Shown in pieces: positions 1 through 13,046 of a stretch of 64,000 nucleotides of DNA. This DNA comes from the human T2T-CHM13v2.0 reference genome, Homo sapiens. Location of the stretch: NCBI RefSeq assembly GCF_009914755.1, contig NC_060937.1, one strand, 5' to 3'. Each line of letters begins with the position of its first letter. The stretch's first letter is position 1. Made by a program: the position numbers and the translations under genes. The notes below the pieces were generated by a model. It was not told the origin of the DNA, searched no databases, and was given only the letters and a program-made list of their open reading frames with translations.

Positions 1-1325
1 TTGCTTAAATAAAATTCCCAAGGAGTAAAATAATCATCTGTTGAGCCTGTTTTATATTTCTATCAAAAACTACAATTGTTTCTTTCTTTTAAAATTTGGT
101 TTAGTTTCCTATGATAAAATAAATTTAAGTTGTCAAGTTTTTTATACTTTTCTTTGTCCTGCTCATCTGGTAAAAAATATAGAAAATCAAGAATGAAAAA
201 AGAAAGCAAAGGCGATCCAGATATTTAAAACCTAAATCCTGGTTACTTGAGATTTAGTAACACGTGTTATACTGCATTTATTGTAATCATCCCAAACAGC
301 AGAAAGTTACTACGTGTGCTAAAGTGGACTAGTTTACTCCTATAGTTATAAATGTGATAAAAAATATCTTGTTCCTTCAATGTACATAGAGTGAATTTTT
401 TCTTATTTGCTTGTATTCCCTGTATTATCCAGTGACTTTCAAACTTTTGTTGACCCAGGGTGTGAAACTATTTTTTTCACAAATTCCACTATACACACTT
501 GTATCTATGTGAAACAAAATTATCAAATGCAATTCTTATACATAGTATGTGCAATATATTCTATTTTATTAATATACTATTTCATTCTGATTCTATTTTT
601 TATTCTCATATTAAAAATACTGTATGTGATATATTTAATCAATTTTACCATGTTGAGCCCTACTTTTAAAAACTTCATAGGTTATGTAGAGTGATCTTTT
701 CAGGGAGTTTCTGATATATTAAAAAAAGAAATATATCTTTTTTAAGTAAATAGAAAGTAAGTTTGTAATCTCCACCAAGTCTGTATTAATCTACTAAGAA
801 ATGTAACATTCATTGGTTTTCCAATCTCAGGTAGTTTGATATAGGAGTTTATTGATTTTCCATTAATTTGCATAGACTTTCTATTTTATAATACTTAGGT
901 TATGATTCTTATATATGAATTTAACTTTTATTTCCAGTAATATGATTATAAAGCCTATCTTAACAAAATGTTTCCATCAAAAGGAACTGAAAATGCAGAA
1001 TTAGATGTTTACAGGTTTTTTAATTCCCAAATTTGCTAACAAGATAATAAAAATCAGTCTAGATTCAAAGTAAGAGCAGTAGCCCAAATGTAAAGCAGGT
1101 ATATTACTTTTTGTTCTGGAGCATTTGTCCAGCTGATTAATTTCAACTTTGTATTGGACAGAATTGTGCGCAAGGGCCTGAAAGTGAGGAAACAGAAGCC
1201 AAGGTCTCAGTCTACTCAAGCAGAAATTTCAATAAGACATTCTCTCTGTCCAGTAAAATTTTAACTTAAAAGTGAAGCCCACAGAGTAAGAGGAAATAAG
1301 TAGTAAATCCACATCTTTTCTACTT

Positions 1326-1615
1326 CGTTTTGATTTTTTTTTTAGATGGAGTCTTGCTCTGTTGCCCAGGCTGGCATGCAATAGCCTGATCTCAGCTCAT
1401 TCTACCTACTAGGTTCAAGTGATTCTCCAGCCTCAGTCCCCAAGTAGCTATGGTTAGAGGCACTTGCCACCACGCCCAGCTAATTGTTGTATTTTTTTGT
1501 AGAGAAGGGTTTCACCATGTTGGCTAGGCTGGTCTTGAACTCCTGACCTCAAGTGATCGACCTACCTCGCCTCCCAAACTGCTGGGATTACAGGCATGAG
1601 CCACCATGTCTGGTC
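1326..1615 (-). mobile_element. AluS-type SINE
   Basis: Poly-T then GATGGAGTCTTGCTCTGTTGCCCAGGCTGG...GGGATTACAGGCATGAGCCACC. Diverged TSD acatcttttctactt (1311-1325) / acatctcctctactt (1617-1631). Confidence 0.95.
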
Positions 1616-1945
1616 AACATCTCCTCTACTTTTAATGGCTGCAGAGGAGGTATATTTTATTGGCCAAATCAGGGAAGGCAATGCTTAGATGAAAACAAAT
1701 TAGAAAGTATTAAAAGAACTTGCAAAAGGAAAAAAAATCTTATATGTAAAAAATAAAAATTATAATAATCAAAGTTAAAAACTCAATTGAAAGGTTAATC
1801 TACAGCTAATACATTGCTGATAATCATAAGTTAAATGAAAGTTAGGTAAGATGAAATCATTCAAAATGTAGCTCAAAGATGTAAGTGGAGGAACAAATTT
1901 AGTTTGATGCAATAAATCAAGGTTTAATTAAATTTAGAAAATATT

Positions 1946-2344
1946 TGTATTAGTCTGGCTTGTGCTGTCAAAACAGAATACCATGGTTAATTTATAGCTT
2001 GTGTGATTTATAATGAGCAGAATTTTTTTCCACAGTTTTGGGGGATGGAAAGTTCAAAATCCAGGTGTTAGCATCTGAAAAGAGGACCTTCTTGTTGCAT
2101 CATAAAATGGGAGAAGGCGTCATATGGATGAGAAAGGAACAAAACAAAGCTGAACTCATCCTTTTATAGGGAATCCACTCCTGTGGTAACAAATCCACTC
2201 TTGCAATAACAGCATTAATTTATTCATAAGGGTGTAGCCCTGATGGTCTAATCACATCTTAAAGGTCCTACCTCTTAAAACTGTTACGAAGACAATTAAA
2301 TTTTAACATGAGTTTGGGAGGGGCCTTACATTCGAGCCATAGCA
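1946..2344 (-). mobile_element. MaLR solo LTR (MLT1A-like)
   Basis: TGTATTAGTC...CCATAGCA termini and MLT1A-type internal motifs. Perfect 5-bp TSD ATATT at 1941-1945 and 2345-2349. Confidence 0.85.
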
Positions 2345-2479
2345 ATATTCAATGCCTTACATTAATTAATTAAAAGAGAAAATTATAATTTTAAATACTT
2401 TCATTTATTATGTATTAAATAACAATTTGATAATATACCTAGTATGCTGTGAATGAAAAACACATTTCTTTAAGGTAAT

Positions 2480-2850
2480 AGAGGTGCAGTAGACAGGGAA
2501 ATGGTTTTCTCAGATTTCTCTTCAAGGAAGTATTTACTGCCCCTGCTGCTAGGAACGCTCTCAACAGATCACCTGCACCTGTTAGATTCTTCAGTGTTTC
2601 TCCTAGCTGCAGAGAGTCTAGTAGCTTGGACATTTAGGGCCTATATTAAAACAACAATAAAACCCTCTGATATACTAATTCTCTCTAGAGGACTCTAATG
2701 AATCACACAGTTTGTTGGATTCACATTGCAGTTTGATATCTTCTGCTCAATCCTGTTTTCTCCAACTCTCATTCACTGTATTGACACCTCAGATATCCTG
2801 AATATCAAACCCTGTCTCAGGAATTGCATCCAGGGAACCCGATCCGTTAC
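2480..2850 (+). mobile_element. Old ERVL-type LTR fragment (LTR16-like)
   Basis: 3' part CCCTGTCTCAGGAATTGCATCCAGGGAACCC resembles the LTR16 terminal motif. Highly diverged. Confidence 0.35.
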
Positions 2851-2939
2851 AATAGTATATCTAATAAGACGGCATTCTATAGTAAATATCATGCTGAAAC
2901 ACAAAAAAGTTAAACTTCAAAAATTGTTAAAAACAAACA

Positions 2940-3140
2940 TGCTGTTGGAGATTGTATTAATGGCTCAATTCTCCATTCCTCCCTTTATCCATAACCTTTG
3001 CCAGTGAGCTTCCATTCTTCACTAAAGAGGTGGAGTGTTTTTCCCCATAACTTAACCTCAGGTTTGGCTATGTGATTTGCTCTAACCAATAGAACAAGAA
3101 AGAAATGATGACATGCCACTGCAAGCCTAAGGTCTTAAGT
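2940..3140 (+). mobile_element. Old MLT1 LTR fragment
   Basis: GAGGTGGAGTGTTTTTCCCC...GGCTATGTGATTTGCTCTAACCAATAGAA...AAGCCTAAGGTCTTAAG motifs typical of MLT1G/H. Confidence 0.5.
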
Positions 3141-3342
3141 CCTGGAGCAACCAGTATTACTTTTATTCTTCTTTGAGATAAAGAGTTTAGCCAGTTTTAT
3201 AAGGAAAAAAATTAGAAAAAAATAAAATTAAATTATTTGTAGATAATATAAGTATATGATAAAATATTAAATATTTTAAAGACTAGCTTGGTGGATACAA
3301 TAACAATATAAAATTTTATATAGATGCATACCAACAATATTT

Positions 3343-3643
3343 AATTTAATTTGTTTATTTTGAGAAAGGGTCTCGCTCTGTTGACCAGGCCGGAGTGCAG
3401 TGGTGTGATCTTGTCTTACTGCGTTCTCTGCCTCACCAGCTCAAGTAATCCTCCCACTTCAGCCTCTTGAGTAGCTGAAACTAAAGGCATGTGCCACCAT
3501 GACTGGCTAATTTTTGTATTTTTTGTGGAAACGGGTTTCCACCATGTTGCCCAGGTTGGTTTCAAACTCCTGAGCTCAAGCTATTTGCCCACCTTGGCCT
3601 CCCAAAGTGCTGGGATTACAGGTATAAGCCACCACACCCAGCC
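3343..3643 (-). mobile_element. AluJ-type SINE
   Basis: Alu dimer with J-type GGGTCTC and GAGCTCAAG. TSD ccaacaatattt (3331) / ccaataatattt (3644). Confidence 0.93.
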
Positions 3644-3779
3644 CCAATAATATTTCTAAATTAAGCAATTTTATTGTATTTAAATATTAAATTTATGAAA
3701 TTTGTTATGTTTGAAACTATGTTATGAAAATGTGTTATTTTTGAAAGCATTGGAAATGCGGTAGAATTTGGCATATAGT

Positions 3780-4350
3780 TCATGAAGTTGTAAAAGACCT
3801 CTATAAAAAAACTAGTAACTACTGATGAGTTAAAACTTGGAAACTTACAAGGTATTCAATAATTGGAAAATTCTACATTCTCAGCATAAATTTTCTCCAA
3901 ATTAATCTGTTGATTTAATGTAATCACAAACAAAATCCAAAGAAGTTCATTCAGGAATTTGACCATTGAGAAGTTGATATTATAGAAGCACAAAGGGTCA
4001 AAAATAGGCAAGCACCTCTTGAAAAATAATTATGAGATGAGGGAACTTGCTCTATCAGACATCAAGATATATGATGTGGGTGCTATGTTGCTGCAGGTAT
4101 AAACATGTAGACTAAGGTTGGAGATTTAAAAACTGAAACCATGTGTGTCTATGCACTAGATATATATCCGAAATGGCATTGAAACTCAAGGGGGAATAAA
4201 CATGTCAATTAATCGTGTTTAAATCACTAAACAATACTGATAAAATAAATTGAATCACTGCTTTTCATCTTACATAAAAAGAAATTCATGGATCAATGAA
4301 CTAAATAAAAAAGAAAATACATAAAGATTTGAGTAATATAGAAAATATTC
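3780..4350 (+). mobile_element. Ancient L1M ORF2 fragment
   Basis: Decayed L1 ORF2 motifs (TTCTCCAAATTAATCT...TTTAATGTAATC; GAGGGAACTTGCTCTATCAGACATCAAGA). Confidence 0.6.
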
Positions 4351-6294
4351 TATATTTAATACATAATCTTACTTTCAAAGTAATACCAGTAAGAAATATT
4401 TTCCCAACCACATTAGTGACATTTTAGGGCTTCAAATGCCTAGTGTTAAATATGTGACCAGTATGCTAATCTTCGTTTTACTTTAAAGTTGTGTTTAAGA
4501 TTATAACTGACAAAGCTTTATAAAGTAATTCTTGAATCATCACAAGTATTCATTGTTTTCTAAAAAGGGTAATTGATTCCATTTTTATTATATTACTACT
4601 GATGGGTAATTTTCCTATCACACATTGGTGTAGGGTAATGATTAGTTACATCTTAGTAAAACAGAAAAGTGTTTCAAATATCTAGCTTTTCTCAGCTCTA
4701 AAATGTCTAATAATATCACAATTTTAGTGTTGAAGAAAAAATATTTTTTGAATCTATCATAATATTTCACATAGTTCTGATTGAATTTTAGCTTTTTCAC
4801 TAAGCTGCACTCTTCTGGTGGAGACAGTGTGTAAGAATTAGGAAATATGAAGACTCAGTTGTCTTAACCTAATAAGCCTTTTCCTCTCCATGTCAACCAG
4901 TATGGAGAGGAACTAAACTATATTAATTAAAATTTAGTGACTACACGAAGTTTTTAATATTTTGAAATACATTTCCCTCCCAAACTCCAAACAATCTTAC
5001 TCAAAAATCTGTTTTCCTGTTTATTTGATATACCTATCTAGGTAGACCAGTTTAGTAGAAAGAAATGATTCTTTTATTTCTTTTCAATATTAATTATAAA
5101 TCAGACAACAGAGATCATGTTTTGATAACCAGGCATTTTTCTAAAATTTTCCATTTTTTATCTCAGTGAATCATAATTAAATTTTTAATAGAACTTTTCA
5201 AGGACCATATTAATTGTGGTAAAAAACAGACTAATCTGAATTATCAAAGGTTAAATTATTCTAAATCACAAAGCTACTATTAAAGATTTCCAAATAAAAA
5301 TATGTTCTTGTTATTTTTAATTTTTCAAATGTTTATATTTCCATAATGTAAATTATGTAAATGTTCCAATGAAAAGAAGAAAATAACTGATGTAAATATA
5401 TTAAGTTATTGTTAAAATTGGGCTAAACCATAATATTTGTTTTTACCACATAATCTGTTTGGTTTGAACTTCTCAGATATGTTCTAAGATGTTACATTCA
5501 AATAAATTATTTATTTAGAACTATTACATGATGTAACAATTATTTTGTCACATTTTATTGAAGATTAAATCATATGGTTGATTAAACATATTAAGAACCA
5601 AATGATTAAACACACATATGTATAAGATCTTTGTGGAAGGTAAATTTGGTAGCCAGATGAATTCTCATATGTTGATACATCTTTAAATACACTTAAGAAA
5701 AGCACATTGTTTACCTCTCCACTGTTTGATCTCATGTGGAAATAGAAATGACAATAACTGATTTCCAACTGAAATGCTTCTGCTTGGCCTACTCTAAGTT
5801 CACTAAGGTGAAAAGGTATCTTGAAGGTAAGCTAGGTGACTTGATTAAACTAATTTAAATATTGAACTTTTTAATACATAAAGAATAAATTAGTTATGTC
5901 CCTAGTGCTGTAATAACTCCATGATTAAAAGTTATGGGCATAAGGAAGAGTATTTCATTTTCAATTCATAAAAAACAAATAAATGGTTAGAGTGCATGTA
6001 AATTTAAACGTATTGTAATTTAGAAAAAACACAAACCATAAAGAGCCTATGTTGTCTAATAAACAATCCTTAACCATATACACAGAGAAAACTAAGCCAA
6101 CTATTGTATATTAAATACTAAAATTTCCATTATATTCTAAACAAATTTTCAATATGCAATATATTTTTACTTACATTAATTTAAATGAGAAAGGGCTACA
6201 TATATATTACAGTAATGAAGTAATATATTTAACACAGCCTTTTGTTATATGAAATCTTCATAAATTATTATTCATTGTATATACACACATGCAT

Positions 6295-6410
6295 ATCCAC
6301 TCATCTATTTATTCAAATAAATATTAATTGAGTACATACCATGTGCCTGACTCTGACGATCTATCAGTACAAAAACTGTCATGATTCTCAAATTTAATGA
6401 GTTTAGGGTT
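6295..6410 (-). mobile_element. L2 3' end fragment
   Basis: ATTCAAATAAATATTAATTGAGTACATACCATGTGCC is the reverse complement of an L2 tail. Confidence 0.55.
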
Positions 6411-6494
6411 TATTTTTATTCCATTGCTTTTTCTGTTTCTTTAAAAAAGGCATGTATGTTCCATTTTTTAAACTTACGAGTCAAAAGCCCAAAG

Positions 6495-6720
6495 GTTTTT
6501 TGTAGATGTGATGAAATTCCCTAATCATTTGACTTTTAAATAGGGAGACTGACTCTACTATACAATGTGGGTATGCCTGGTTTAATCAGTTGAAAGGCCT
6601 TAAGAGCAGAGCTGAGGCTTCCTTTGAAAAAAAAAGAAATTCAGTCTATAGACCTTTGAAAAAAAAAAGAAATTCAGTCTGTAAACAGCAGCATTTTAAA
6701 AAAATAAACCTCTGTGTGTG
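6495..6720 (+). mobile_element. MLT2 (ERVL LTR) fragment
   Basis: AATGTGGGTATGCCTGGTTTAATCAGTTGAAAGGCCTTAAGAGCAGAGCTGAGGCTTCC...GAAATTC motif of MLT2. Confidence 0.7.
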
Positions 6721-6834
6721 TGCTTGTGTGCTTGTGTGTGCTTGTGTGTATGTGTATACATATCACACACCACTGTGTGTGTATCACATGCACATTGCTC
6801 ACTGTAATATAATCTAAGGGTCAATTTCAGAATC

Positions 6835-6960
6835 ATATATGTGAGATATATATATATGTGTGTGAGATATATATATATATCTCACACACATATATATGAT
6901 ATATATGTGTGTGAGATATATATATATATCTCACACACATATATATGATATATATGTCAG
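6835..6960. repeat. Palindromic 49-bp tandem repeat in (TG)/(TA) low-complexity DNA
   Basis: Unit ATATATGTGTGTGAGATATATATATATATCTCACACACATATATATG occurs twice plus a partial copy. The core is self-complementary. Confidence 0.9.
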
Positions 6961-7007
6961 AATCATGTGTGTGTACACACATGCATTCATTTTATACATA
7001 CATATAT

Positions 7008-7185
7008 ATTCTATCTTCATTATTTGTGGATTCTGTATTTTTCTATTTGCTCACTGAACTTAATTTATAACCACAAAATTAATAATACTTAAGGTGTTTT
7101 CATGGTTATGGACACGTACAGCACAATGAAAAGATCGAATCACCCTGTACCTTCCCAGCTGAGGTTGAACAATGTGTCACTCTGT
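7008..7185. mobile_element. TcMar-Tigger DNA transposon fragment (MER6-like)
   Basis: CATTATTTGTGGATTCTGTATTT...TTCCCAGCTGAGGTTGAACAA motifs. Confidence 0.55.
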
Positions 7186-7679
7186 TTTTTTGTAAGAAGA
7201 GAGGACTTGCTTGAATAATAGAAATATTTGGTGAATTGGGTCAGATAACCACACTTTTTATGTAGACTACAGTCTGAATGATTGCAAACTACCTGGGCTA
7301 ATTGAGTTTCTGGTAATGAAAACATTTGTAACAGGCTTCTACAGCAGGATGGAGTTAATTCCATTAGTTTTTAAGAAATCCGTTTATTCTTTGTGAATGA
7401 CCAAAACCAAATTAAGTTTTATGTACATTCCTTAGTTCCTGATAATAGGGCCATTTCCACTATATCATTATATGGAATACCATATTCCATATTCCTATTA
7501 TAATTATTTTTAATAGTGAACAATACTCTTATTTTAGAGTCTAGAGATGAAGTGAAAATAAGTAAGTGGAAAAAAAAGGAAGAAAAACAAAACTCCTGCA
7601 TGGTATTACCTGATCAACCTAATCAACTGATTTTGTTGTCTAAGAAATCTCCTTTTGAAAAATAGAAAAAAAAATACTA

Positions 7680-10600
7680 AGAAGATCTTCCAAAACCACA
7701 TAAATGAAAAATAAACAATTTCCTACTGAATGACTTTTGAGTAAACAGTAAAATTAAGGCAGTAATCAAAAAGTCTTAGAAGTATTTGAAAACAGACACA
7801 ACATACCAAAGTCTCTGGGATGCAACAAAATCAGGGTTAAAAGGAAAGGTTATAGCACTAAGTGCCTACCACAAAATGTTAGAAATAACTCAAAATAATG
7901 ACTAACATTACATCTGGAAGAACTAGAAAAACAAAAATAAACTAACCCCAAAGCAAGCAGAAGAAAAGAAATAGCAAAATCGCAGTGGAGCTGAATGAAA
8001 TTGAGACCCAAAATTTTATACAAAGAATCAATGAAACAAAAAGTTGGTTACTGGAAAAAATAAAGAAGATCAATAGACTGCTAGTGAGATTAACAAAGTA
8101 AAAAAAAGAGTGAAATAAGCCCAATCAGAAATGACAAAGATGACATTAGAACCAATCCAACAGAAATACAAAATATTCTCAAAGATATGAACATTTCTAC
8201 ATGCACAAACTAAACTTAGAGGAAATGGATATATTCCTGGAAACAGACAACCTTCCAAGATTGAATTAGGAATAAACTGAAACCCTTAACAGACCATTAT
8301 CAAGTTCCAAAATTGAGCCAGTCATTACAAACTTATCAACCAAAGTCCCACATCAGAGAGACTTATAGCCTAATTCTACCACAGTGAAAATAAGAGATAG
8401 TATCAATTCTACTAAAACTATTCCAGAAAATCGAGAAGCGGCTCCTCCCTAATTCATTCTATGAAGCCAGCATCACCCTGATATCAAAAGCTGGTAAAGA
8501 CACAATAAAAAAGAAAACTACAGGCAAATATCCCTGAATAAACGTAGACACAAAAATCCTCAACAAAACAGTAGCAAACCAAATCCAGTGGCACCTCAAA
8601 AATTAATTCACCTACAATTAAGTAGGCCTGAGATACAAAGCTGGTTCAACATATGCAAATAAATATATGCAATTCACTATAAAAACAGAATTAAAAGCAA
8701 AAACTGTAGGATCATCTCATGAAACATGGGAAAGGTCTTTAATAAAATCCAGCATCTTTTTATGATAAGAACCATTAAAAAACTAGGCATCAAAGGAACA
8801 TTCTTCAAAATAATAAGAGCCCTGTATGACAAATCCACAGCCAGTATCATACTGAATGGTCAACAGCAGGAAGAATTTCCCTTGAGAACTGAAACAAGAT
8901 GGCAATGCCCACTCTCATCACTCCTATTTAATACAGGACTGAAAGTCCTAACCAGAACCATCAGTCAAAAGAAAGAAAGAAAAGATATTCAAACAAGAAA
9001 AATAAGAAGTCAAACTATCTCTCTTCTCCAAAAATATGATTCTATAAGTAGTAAACCCTAAAGACCTTTCCAGAAGCCTCCTGGAACTGATAAACAACTT
9101 CAGTAAAGTATCGGGATACACAATAAATGTACAAAAAGCAAGAGAATTTATACACAAGAACGTTTAAACTGAGAGCCAAATTAAGAATGCAATTCCATTC
9201 ACAATAACCACAAAGAAACACCTAGGAATACATCTGAACAAAATGGTGAAACCTTTCTACAAGGAGAACTACAAAGCACTGCTCAAAGAAATCATAGACG
9301 ACACAAACAAATGGAAAAACATTCCGTGCTCATGGATTGGAAGAATCAAGAGTGGGCCATTGTTAAAATGGCCATACTGCAGGGCTACACTAACTAAAAC
9401 AGCATGGTCTGGTACAAAATAAGACACATAGACCAATGGAACAGAATAGAAAACCCCAAAATAAACCTGTATACCTACAGTCATCTTTCACAAAGTTGGC
9501 AAAAATAAGCAATGGGGAGAGAATTCCCAGACAGCTGGGATTGCTGGCTAGCTATACGCAGAAGAATGAAACGAGCCAACTACCTTTCACCAAATACAAA
9601 AATTAACTCAAGATGGATTAAAGATTTGAATGTTAGACCTAAAACTATAAGAATCCTGGAAGAAAATGTAGAAAACACCATTAGAAACGTCCACCTCGGG
9701 AATTTATGATTCAGTCCTCAAAAACAATGGCAACAAGCCAAAAATTGACAAATGGAACCTAATTAAACTAAAGATCCTCTGCTCAGCAAAAGAAACCAGC
9801 AATAGAATAAACATGCTACAGAACAGGAGAAAATATTTGCAAACTGTGTATCTGACAAAGGTCTAATATCCAGAATCTAAAAGAAACTTAAACAAATCAA
9901 CACCAAAAAAACAGGTAACCCCATTAAAAAGTGTGCAATAGACACACAAAGACACTTCTCAAAAGAAAACATACAAGCAGCAAAAATATATATATATGAA
10001 AAATGCTTATCATCACTAATCATCAGAAAAAAGCAAATTAAAAACCACAGTGAGATACCATCTCACACAAGTCAGAATGGCTATTATAAAAAGTCAAAAA
10101 ATAACATGGTGATGAGGCTATGGAGAAAAGGGAACACTTAGGCATTGTTGGTTAGAAGACAACATAGTTCAGCTGTTGTGGAAAACAGTATGGAGAGTTC
10201 TCAAATAAGTAAAGATGGAAGGACCATTTGACCCAGTAATTCTATTCCTGGGCATATAACCATAGGAATATAAATCGTTCTATCAAAAAACACACATGCA
10301 CTCATATGTTCATTGTAGCACCACACACCATAGCAAAGACATGGAATCAACCTAGGTGCCTATCGGTGGTGGATTGGATAAAGAAAATGTGGTGCATATA
10401 CCCCATGATATACTACACAGCCATAAAAAGGAATGAAATTATATCTTTTGCATTAACATGGAGGCATCTGGGGGCCATTTTCTTGAGGGAATTAATGCAG
10501 TAACCAAAAACCATACACTGCATATTTTCACAAGTGAGAGCTGCTTTGAGTACTCATGGATATAAAGATGGGAAAAAAAGACACCAGGGACTACTAGAAA

Positions 10601-10733
10601 GGGGAGGAATGGAAAGGGTATCATCTGTACCCCAAACCTCAGCATCACATACTATACCCATGTAACAAACCTGCACATGTACTCACTGAATCTAAAATAA
10701 AAGTTGAAGTTATTTTAAAAAATAAAAAATAAA
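7680..10733 (+). mobile_element. 5'-truncated old primate L1 (L1PB / late L1PA-type), decayed ORF2 plus 3' UTR
   Basis: ORF2 peptides in the ORF track ([19 protein letters not shown]; [17 protein letters not shown]; IAKTWNQPRC). 3' end ACCCATGTAACAAACCTGCACATGTAC...AAATAAAAGTTGAA followed by an A-rich tail. Many stops and frameshifts. Confidence 0.93.
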
Positions 10734-11944
10734 GATAAGTCTATGTAATAGCATGTTAATATGCTCATTTTTATGTTTATTTTAGACTTAATCTAATAAT
10801 TGAAATTTATGTAGATAAATTACTAAAAGTCATAATTACTTAATTTGATAGCATGAGTTCGAATATAGATTATTATTGACTACGAATGATAGCAATTCCG
10901 AATTGGAAGGAACACAGGTAAATGGAAGCATCTTTTATCTAGATTTTCACTGTCTAATACCGTCACAAACCTCATGAGACCATAAATTTAAGTTACTTAA
11001 AATTAAATAAACTTAAATATTCAGTTCCTCAGCTATACCAGCTACATTTTTAATACAAAGACTCGCATATACTAGACAGATAATATCGATTCGTTGTGAA
11101 GTTGAATGATGAGGAAGAGAGCATATTCAGATTTCTGTAATTAGGCCTTAGTGTAAATGGATGAGATTATCCTAAACATCAGAGTTTATATTGAGAGTTT
11201 TAATCTCTTTAAATCTAAGAGCTAACTTAGGTCATACCAAGACATTGATATTTTTTAATCATTTGCTGAAAAAAAATTAGTTGCATTTCCCCGTGCTTCT
11301 TTTTCTATGCCCAGTTGAATCTCAGTGAATTGAAACCGCTGATCATACATCTGAGGCATCCAAGGGAGCTCTTCAGAAGCCCCTGTTTACCCATTGTAGC
11401 CAAATGTTCACAAGCTATCTATTCAAAAAACATCGTTGTTGAGAATAAAGTAATTTTTTATGGCATATGAGGCTAGACAAGGAGAGACAGGTGAGATATA
11501 TTGAATTTTATTCAATTAATTTTGCTGGTATTCCAAGAACTGTACTAATCCTTAAGAATACAAAAGCAAAAAGTCATTTAACAACATTCAAGAAGTCCTC
11601 TGTCTTAAACAGTGGTTTTCAAACAGTATGGCAAAGCATGACCCAGTATAATGGTGTTTCTTGAACTCTTTTCAGTCAAGTGCCAAATTTTGAAGGATGT
11701 GTAACATGTATTTTGATTTTAAACTCTATACACCTGTTTTATGACCACATCTGTCAGGCTGAATGCTACACTATTTGCTGAGCAAGGTATAACTTGCTTT
11801 GAGTCAGAGGTAAGAGATGAAGCATAAAATTAAGTGAATGTCCCAGAAAGTGTTTTCTGGGACATTCAAGCACTTGGCCCCATGAGAACATGAGAGAGGT
11901 TATTCAGGGAAGTAAACATCTCTTTCTAAAAGAAAGATGGTGTT

Positions 11945-12025
11945 CATGGCACATGTATACCACTGTAACAAACCTGCATGTTCTGCACATGTATCCCAGA
12001 ACTTAAAGTGTAATAAAAAGAAAAA
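11945..12025 (+). mobile_element. Very short L1PA 3'-terminal insertion
   Basis: CATGGCACATGTATAC...CCCAGAACTTAAAG plus A tail. TSD aaaagaaa(g/c)atggtgtt at 11928-11944 and 12026-12042. Confidence 0.9.
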
Positions 12026-12264
12026 AAAAGAAACATGGTGTTGAATAGCTAACATTAAATAGTGCAGTAACTGCATTATTTTATAGACACTCTCAAATGT
12101 TGCATTGTAGAAATGTTGTTATATTTTTACTGACTTGTGGGTAATATCTTTTTTAGTCTTAATTTTGCCAAATGTGCTGCCAAATTTTTAGTAGAATATT
12201 TATAAGTAACCCATAAATATAAAAATCATAGGAAACACAGACATATGAATACAACCATAAAATG

Positions 12265-12440
12265 CAATTATATATATATACATCTAATATATATGTTATC
12301 ATAGACATACACTGAATATATACATATGTTTATAATATGCATGCATCTAATGTATACATATAATGTTATCATACACATACTTATATATACATATATGTTT
12401 ATTATATAATAAATATATATTAGATGTATGTGTATGATAA
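12265..12440. repeat. (TA)/(CA)-rich low complexity with a degenerate duplication
   Basis: CATCTAAT...TGTTATCATA...TATGTTTAT occurs twice. Confidence 0.7.
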
Positions 12441-12559
12441 CAATCTTGAGAATCAGAGAGAGCATAATAAAAGAGGTAATATCAATGTTCTACATGGATA
12501 ATAATCTATACATTTCTTTAAAAGAGGTAGCAAATGATTAGAAATGAAATTGAAAGACC

Positions 12560-12780
12560 AGTATTGCTTTTGTATGAGTATAATTTGTAATGTGAGGGTG
12601 CTAGGGACATGAGAAATGAGGCTGCAGAGATAAGCATGGAGCTGACCATGATATACCCTGAATACTGTGCCAAAGAATTCTGTGTATTCAAAGAGCTGAT
12701 GAAGAGATTTTAATTGAAAAATGAGTATAAATTATGAAACAATAATTTAGATTTGATGGACTCAGCATGGTGAAGATTTT
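12560..12780 (-). mobile_element. L2 fragment
   Basis: GAGAAATGAGGCTGCAGAGATAAGC...GCCAAAGAATT purine-rich antisense L2 pattern. Confidence 0.5.
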
Positions 12781-13046
12781 GAGTGAGCATTTTGCAACAG
12801 CTTATGGAATAAAAAATTCTGTGATGCTATATATTGTAAAGATGGAAAGTTTCATGCTAACTTAATAAGTTTTTTCCACAAAGGTCCTAAAAGAAAAAAT
12901 AAGTTTGCAACTTTTGTCTTCTACTCATTAATAAAGTTATATTCAAGCCTATAGTAGACTGTAGAATTGTATTAGCTATGACAACCAAATATTATCACAA
13001 TAGAGCAGGCAGTTAACTAAGTGGTTGAAGATAGTTCCAGTTCTCA

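Noticed and set aside
8726-10503. ORFs with RT-like peptides
   Set aside because: Frameshifted fragments of L1 ORF2 in a 5'-truncated dead element.
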